Below are positions 39,602 to 42,730 of a stretch of 42,730 nucleotides of DNA, one piece after another. Under the pieces are notes generated by a model. It was not told the origin of the DNA and did no database searches. It saw only the letters and a list, made by a program, of their open reading frames with translations. Both the position numbers and the translations under genes were made by a program. Position 1 is the stretch's first letter. Each line of letters begins with the position of its first letter. This DNA is from Gammaproteobacteria bacterium (lineage in GTDB: Bacteria > Pseudomonadota > Gammaproteobacteria > Eutrophobiales > Eutrophobiaceae). The stretch covers positions 1-42,730 of the forward strand of contig JBPCXW010000046.1 in NCBI GenBank assembly GCA_051008185.1, given 5' to 3'.

Positions 39602-40902
39602 TATGTCAATTCGCGTTGGATTTGTTCTTTTTCTTCTTGGCATTCCTTCTGCAATGATTCTTTCTCCGGCCTGATTTCATCGCATTCTGCTTTCAAGCGA
39701 CGACTTTCTTCATCCAATCCGTGAAATTCGTTTTCATCAGGGAATTGTTCGAAATAGGGTGGAGCAGAATCAGCACGAATCTCGCTATTCGCTTGACGGT
39801 AAACCACAAGTAAGCTCTCAGCCAACTGCGATGTTTGGGCGGACAGGTGCGCGCCCCCGGCTTCTTGTCGAAAGGCGTTAAATTTACTATTCATGGTGTT
39901 AACGGCACGGTCTATATCTTCACTGACTTTTTGCAGTTTCACATTCCTATCGCTCCGTTGCTTTTCCAGAGCATTCAGCGCGTTTTTATAGTTCTCTCTT
40001 GCGTTTTCCTTTTGACGCAACATCGTGCCAAACCCGGGATAACGGTCATCATACTCATAACCTTTCCAAAACCCGATGAAAGCGCAGAAAACACCTACGA
40101 TCATCAGCAGAAAAGCCTCTGGCGTTACAATCAATCCCCAAAAGTCCAGATGTTTCAAGCTATCCAAAGCTGCCCCCCATGCTTCAAATGCCAGCTTCTC
40201 AGGCAGTACGGCTCCACGCAACAAATCCAGATGTCCCCGGTACAAGGCAGACAGGCACACAACCACCATGCATACCAGAACGAAAGTCAAAGACAGAAGG
40301 ACCCCTGCTAATTTTTTCGCCGGATCACAATGACCAGCGTAGCGTAACCCCAGTACGCCACCTAGAAATGCACATCCCACATTAGCGAAACTAAAAAAGA
40401 ATGCGAAAAAAAATCCCCCCGCCAGTCCATATTCCGATGCGGAAGCGAAAAAATAGCTATTAAATAATCCCTCGACAATCACAACAAAGAATGCCCAAAC
40501 GGTTTGGGTAAAGCGGTCACCGCCTGATGCTTCTCGCTGAAGCCTATTGTCGGCCTTGAACTTTGCGTAGGCGGCGGATGTCTGGTTTATCCCTTTATCA
40601 AGAGCTTCCAGTACGTTCTTGGAGACTGGCGGAACACTAGCCATAATAACTTGCCGTTGCTTACGGCCCCTTGCAAGCGTTTCGCTACAATTTTGAATTG
40701 AGTCCTTGGCATTTTGGCAGAGAACATCAAGCGCATGAAGGGCTTTTCTTGCTGCTTTTTTAGCTTCCTCCACAGCCCCAATTTCTGCGCCAGTCAAGCC
40801 GGTCGCGTCCTGTGCAGGCATACCAGCAAGCGCATTCTGCTGGGCAGCCTCCTTAAGCCCTAGCTTCTCGGCCAATTCATTGGTTAGTGCATTGATGTCC
40901 AT
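39601..40902 (-). CDS. Polytopic membrane protein with charged coiled-coil-like N- and C-terminal domains (operon gene A)
   Basis: 433 aa. Four central hydrophobic segments are present (VWAFFVVIVEGLFNSYFFA, GGFFFAFFFSFANVGCAFLGGVLGL, LAGVLLSLTFVLVCMVVVCLSALY, AFLLMIVGVFCAFIGFW). They are flanked by helical, charged regions of about 140 aa each. Confidence 0.7.
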   Translation of the reverse strand: MDINALTNELAEKLGLKEAAQQNALAGMPAQDATGLTGAEIGAVEEAKKAARKALHALDVLCQNAKDSIQNCSETLARGRKQRQVIMASVPPVSKNVLEALDKGINQTSAAYAKFKADNRLQREASGGDRFTQTVWAFFVVIVEGLFNSYFFASASEYGLAGGFFFAFFFSFANVGCAFLGGVLGLRYAGHCDPAKKLAGVLLSLTFVLVCMVVVCLSALYRGHLDLLRGAVLPEKLAFEAWGAALDSLKHLDFWGLIVTPEAFLLMIVGVFCAFIGFWKGYEYDDRYPGFGTMLRQKENARENYKNALNALEKQRSDRNVKLQKVSEDIDRAVNTMNSKFNAFRQEAGGAHLSAQTSQLAESLLVVYRQANSEIRADSAPPYFEQFPDENEFHGLDEESRRLKAECDEIRPEKESLQKECQEEKEQIQRELT

Positions 40903-41089
40903 GTTGTTTATTTTCGGCTATGTGGTGGGCGAAATCAGAAACCGCTAGGGTCAATCGGACATTATACTTAAACCTTACCCAGAAAGGGGGAGTGACCAAA
41001 TCTGACCATAATTGACGGATTTTATCCGTTTTTTGGTGTATTATCCACCTTAAAGCAGGTATCATTGTCAAAAATTGGCGGAGAATCGT

Positions 41090-42217
41090 ATGTTGCTGGA
41101 ATTTGGTGCGAAAAACTTCTATTCCTTTGATGAGGGATTTGAAGCTTCATTTCGTTTGAATAACAACTGCCCCGTAGATATTTCAAAAGGGTTGGAAGCC
41201 TCCACGGTTATGTGTGTAAAGGGCGCGAATGCAAGCGGCAAAACCAATGTTTTGCGAGTGCTCGCGTTTTTGGTAGAGTTTTGTTGCAACTCATTTTCTA
41301 AAAAACCAGAGGAGAAAATCAAGGTAGTCCCACATTTTTCAAAACAGGCCTTAAGCGAGTTCTATATTGTGTTCAGCGTCAATGGAAGCGAGTACAGGTA
41401 TGAATTGGCTGTGTCCCCCGAAAAAGTTGATCAGGAAAAATTGTTCCTAGATGGCACTTTGGTTGTAGAAAGAAACAAAAATGAGTTTGTTTCTTTAAAA
41501 AAGGAATTTGATTCTCTCGAGACAGTTAAGTTAAGAAACAACGCCTCGTTTATAAGCACTGCGAATCAGTATGAAGTAGAAGCAACTAAAGATATTTATT
41601 TTGCATTCTGGCTCTTTGTTGTGAGTGTTGAGGATGTTGGGAGAAAGCCTCCTATAAGCTACCAAGATATTTCATGGGTCTATCATAAAGATGAAGTTAG
41701 TTTCAGGTTTGCAAAAGATATAATCAGCAAATGTGATCTAGGCGTTAAGGATATAGAAATAGTCAAGAAAGAGAATGAAAAGGGAGAGCAGATACATAGC
41801 CCTGTCTTTTCACATCAGACCAGGCAGGGAACACAAAAGCTTTCTTATGATTCCCAATCAAGCGGCACAAAAACGCTGTACGATTATTTGCTTTTATATT
41901 CTACAACTTTAGAAGATGGTAGAGTTCTGGTTCTTGATGAGTTTGATATAAATCTCCACCCGCATATCTTGCCCCTTTTGGTTGATCTTTTTGATAAGCC
42001 GGAGACAAACCCCCAAAAAGCCCAGCTAATTTTTACCACCCATAATTCAGCCATTATGGATGACTTGGGGAAATATCGGACATTGATGGTTCAGAAGAAA
42101 AATAACACCAGTTTTGTATATCGGCTTGATGAAATACCAGGGGATATGCTGAGGAATGACAGAAAAATCACCCCTTTGTATGAGGCAAGAAAGATAGGCG
42201 GGGTTCCCATAATTTAA
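41090..42217 (+). CDS. ABC-type (AAA_21/AAA_15-like, COG1106-like) ATPase
   Basis: The N-terminus MLLEFGAKNFYSF is typical. Walker A reads GANASGKTN, the signature-like motif SQSSGTK, Walker B/D-loop LVLDEFDINLHPH, and the H-loop FTTHNS. The ATG at 41090 has GGAG 7 nt upstream. The track uses a TTG at 41075. Confidence 0.8.
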   Translation: MLLEFGAKNFYSFDEGFEASFRLNNNCPVDISKGLEASTVMCVKGANASGKTNVLRVLAFLVEFCCNSFSKKPEEKIKVVPHFSKQALSEFYIVFSVNGSEYRYELAVSPEKVDQEKLFLDGTLVVERNKNEFVSLKKEFDSLETVKLRNNASFISTANQYEVEATKDIYFAFWLFVVSVEDVGRKPPISYQDISWVYHKDEVSFRFAKDIISKCDLGVKDIEIVKKENEKGEQIHSPVFSHQTRQGTQKLSYDSQSSGTKTLYDYLLLYSTTLEDGRVLVLDEFDINLHPHILPLLVDLFDKPETNPQKAQLIFTTHNSAIMDDLGKYRTLMVQKKNNTSFVYRLDEIPGDMLRNDRKITPLYEARKIGGVPII

Positions 42218-42690
42218 TGAGTAGGTTTTATAACAAGGATAAAAAGGAGTTTTTGCAAAATCTTCCCTCGGATTCGCTTGAAGGGGAAACATGCACGATA
42301 CCGGCGCGGCTGAAATTTAATTTCTCGCTTCTGGATATTTCTCAAAAAGGAACAGAATCATTTGAATCTCTTCGTGAAGGGCAGAGAAAGAAACTAATCA
42401 AAAAGATCGTTGAGCTGTCTCGGGAACCACGTCGGCATTGGGAGGAAGAAAACCTACTTGCTATCTATGGAGAATTTCCCACTAAAAAATCAAACTTCAA
42501 GCACCCCAAACACGTCCCGCATGATGTGGAGTGGGCTCGATTCAGGATTGAGAGCGATTTTCGGTTGGCCGGGTTTTTTGTGCCGAAAAATTTTCACGAC
42601 AAAGAGCATGAGAAATTGAAGGTACGTTTTGATAGCAATACTTTTTATGCAGTTTTTATCGATCCGGAACATAACTTTTACAAGCAGTAG
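42217..42690 (+). CDS. Small basic protein of unknown function, translationally coupled to the ATPase (candidate effector/partner)
   Basis: 157 aa. The ATG overlaps the ATPase TAA (TAATG at 42215-42219). No TOPRIM (DxD), HNH or Walker motifs are visible. Confidence 0.6.
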   Translation: MSRFYNKDKKEFLQNLPSDSLEGETCTIPARLKFNFSLLDISQKGTESFESLREGQRKKLIKKIVELSREPRRHWEEENLLAIYGEFPTKKSNFKHPKHVPHDVEWARFRIESDFRLAGFFVPKNFHDKEHEKLKVRFDSNTFYAVFIDPEHNFYKQ

Positions 42691-42730
42691 CCAACTCTGT
42701 CACTTCCCCAACCGATCAACTTCCTTAACC

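Noticed and set aside
40903-41089. TTATCC/TTATCCACC strings in the divergent promoter region as DnaA boxes.
   Set aside because: These are isolated partial matches far from the origin, in an AT-rich region. They are most likely chance occurrences.
42217-42690. An R-x4-H string (REPRRH) in the 157-aa ATPase partner as a possible HEPN RNase motif, and a RelE/ParE-like C-terminal pattern.
   Set aside because: The motif is too short and degenerate to call without profile or structure support. I keep it only as something to test.

Overview
The window reads as a proteobacterial chromosome segment (gammaproteobacterial-like gene order) centred on the replication-origin neighbourhood, with accessory DNA at both ends. 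All calls come from reading motifs, gene junctions and repeats by eye. No homology search, structure prediction or statistics were run.

Layout:
- 1-8.4 kb: a complete type I-C CRISPR-Cas locus on the minus strand (cas3-cas5c-cas8c(+internal cas11c)-cas7c-cas4-cas1-cas2-leader-array). The array is cut by the window edge.
- 8.4-11.9 kb: an unlisted 56-aa two-TM ORF abutting cas3, a signal-peptide-bearing HIRAN protein, a gamma-class NPPW methyltransferase translationally coupled to a Fic-domain protein, and a duplicated Fic 3' end.
- 11.9-20.2 kb: a full caa3/aa3 cytochrome c oxidase structural and assembly cluster (coxB-coxA-small ORF-ctaG-coxC, DUF2909-like, SURF1, SCO-like, ctaA, cyoE/ctaB).
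- 20.4-24.2 kb: bioB-bioF-bioC-bioD with a candidate BirA operator.
- 24.3-35.2 kb: comF, then gyrB-recF-dnaN-dnaA (minus strand) diverging from rpmH-rnpA-yidD-yidC-mnmE (plus strand), with DnaA boxes.
- 35.2-36.0 kb: two small conserved genes.
- 36.0-42.7 kb: a low-G+C accessory block.

The accessory block holds the most interesting content. It has a tightly coupled six-gene, mostly membrane-protein operon with no motif I can assign to a described system. That operon is transcribed divergently from an ABC/AAA_21-type ATPase plus a small overlapping partner.

A roughly 155-bp nested-palindrome intergenic repeat family occurs three times in the window.
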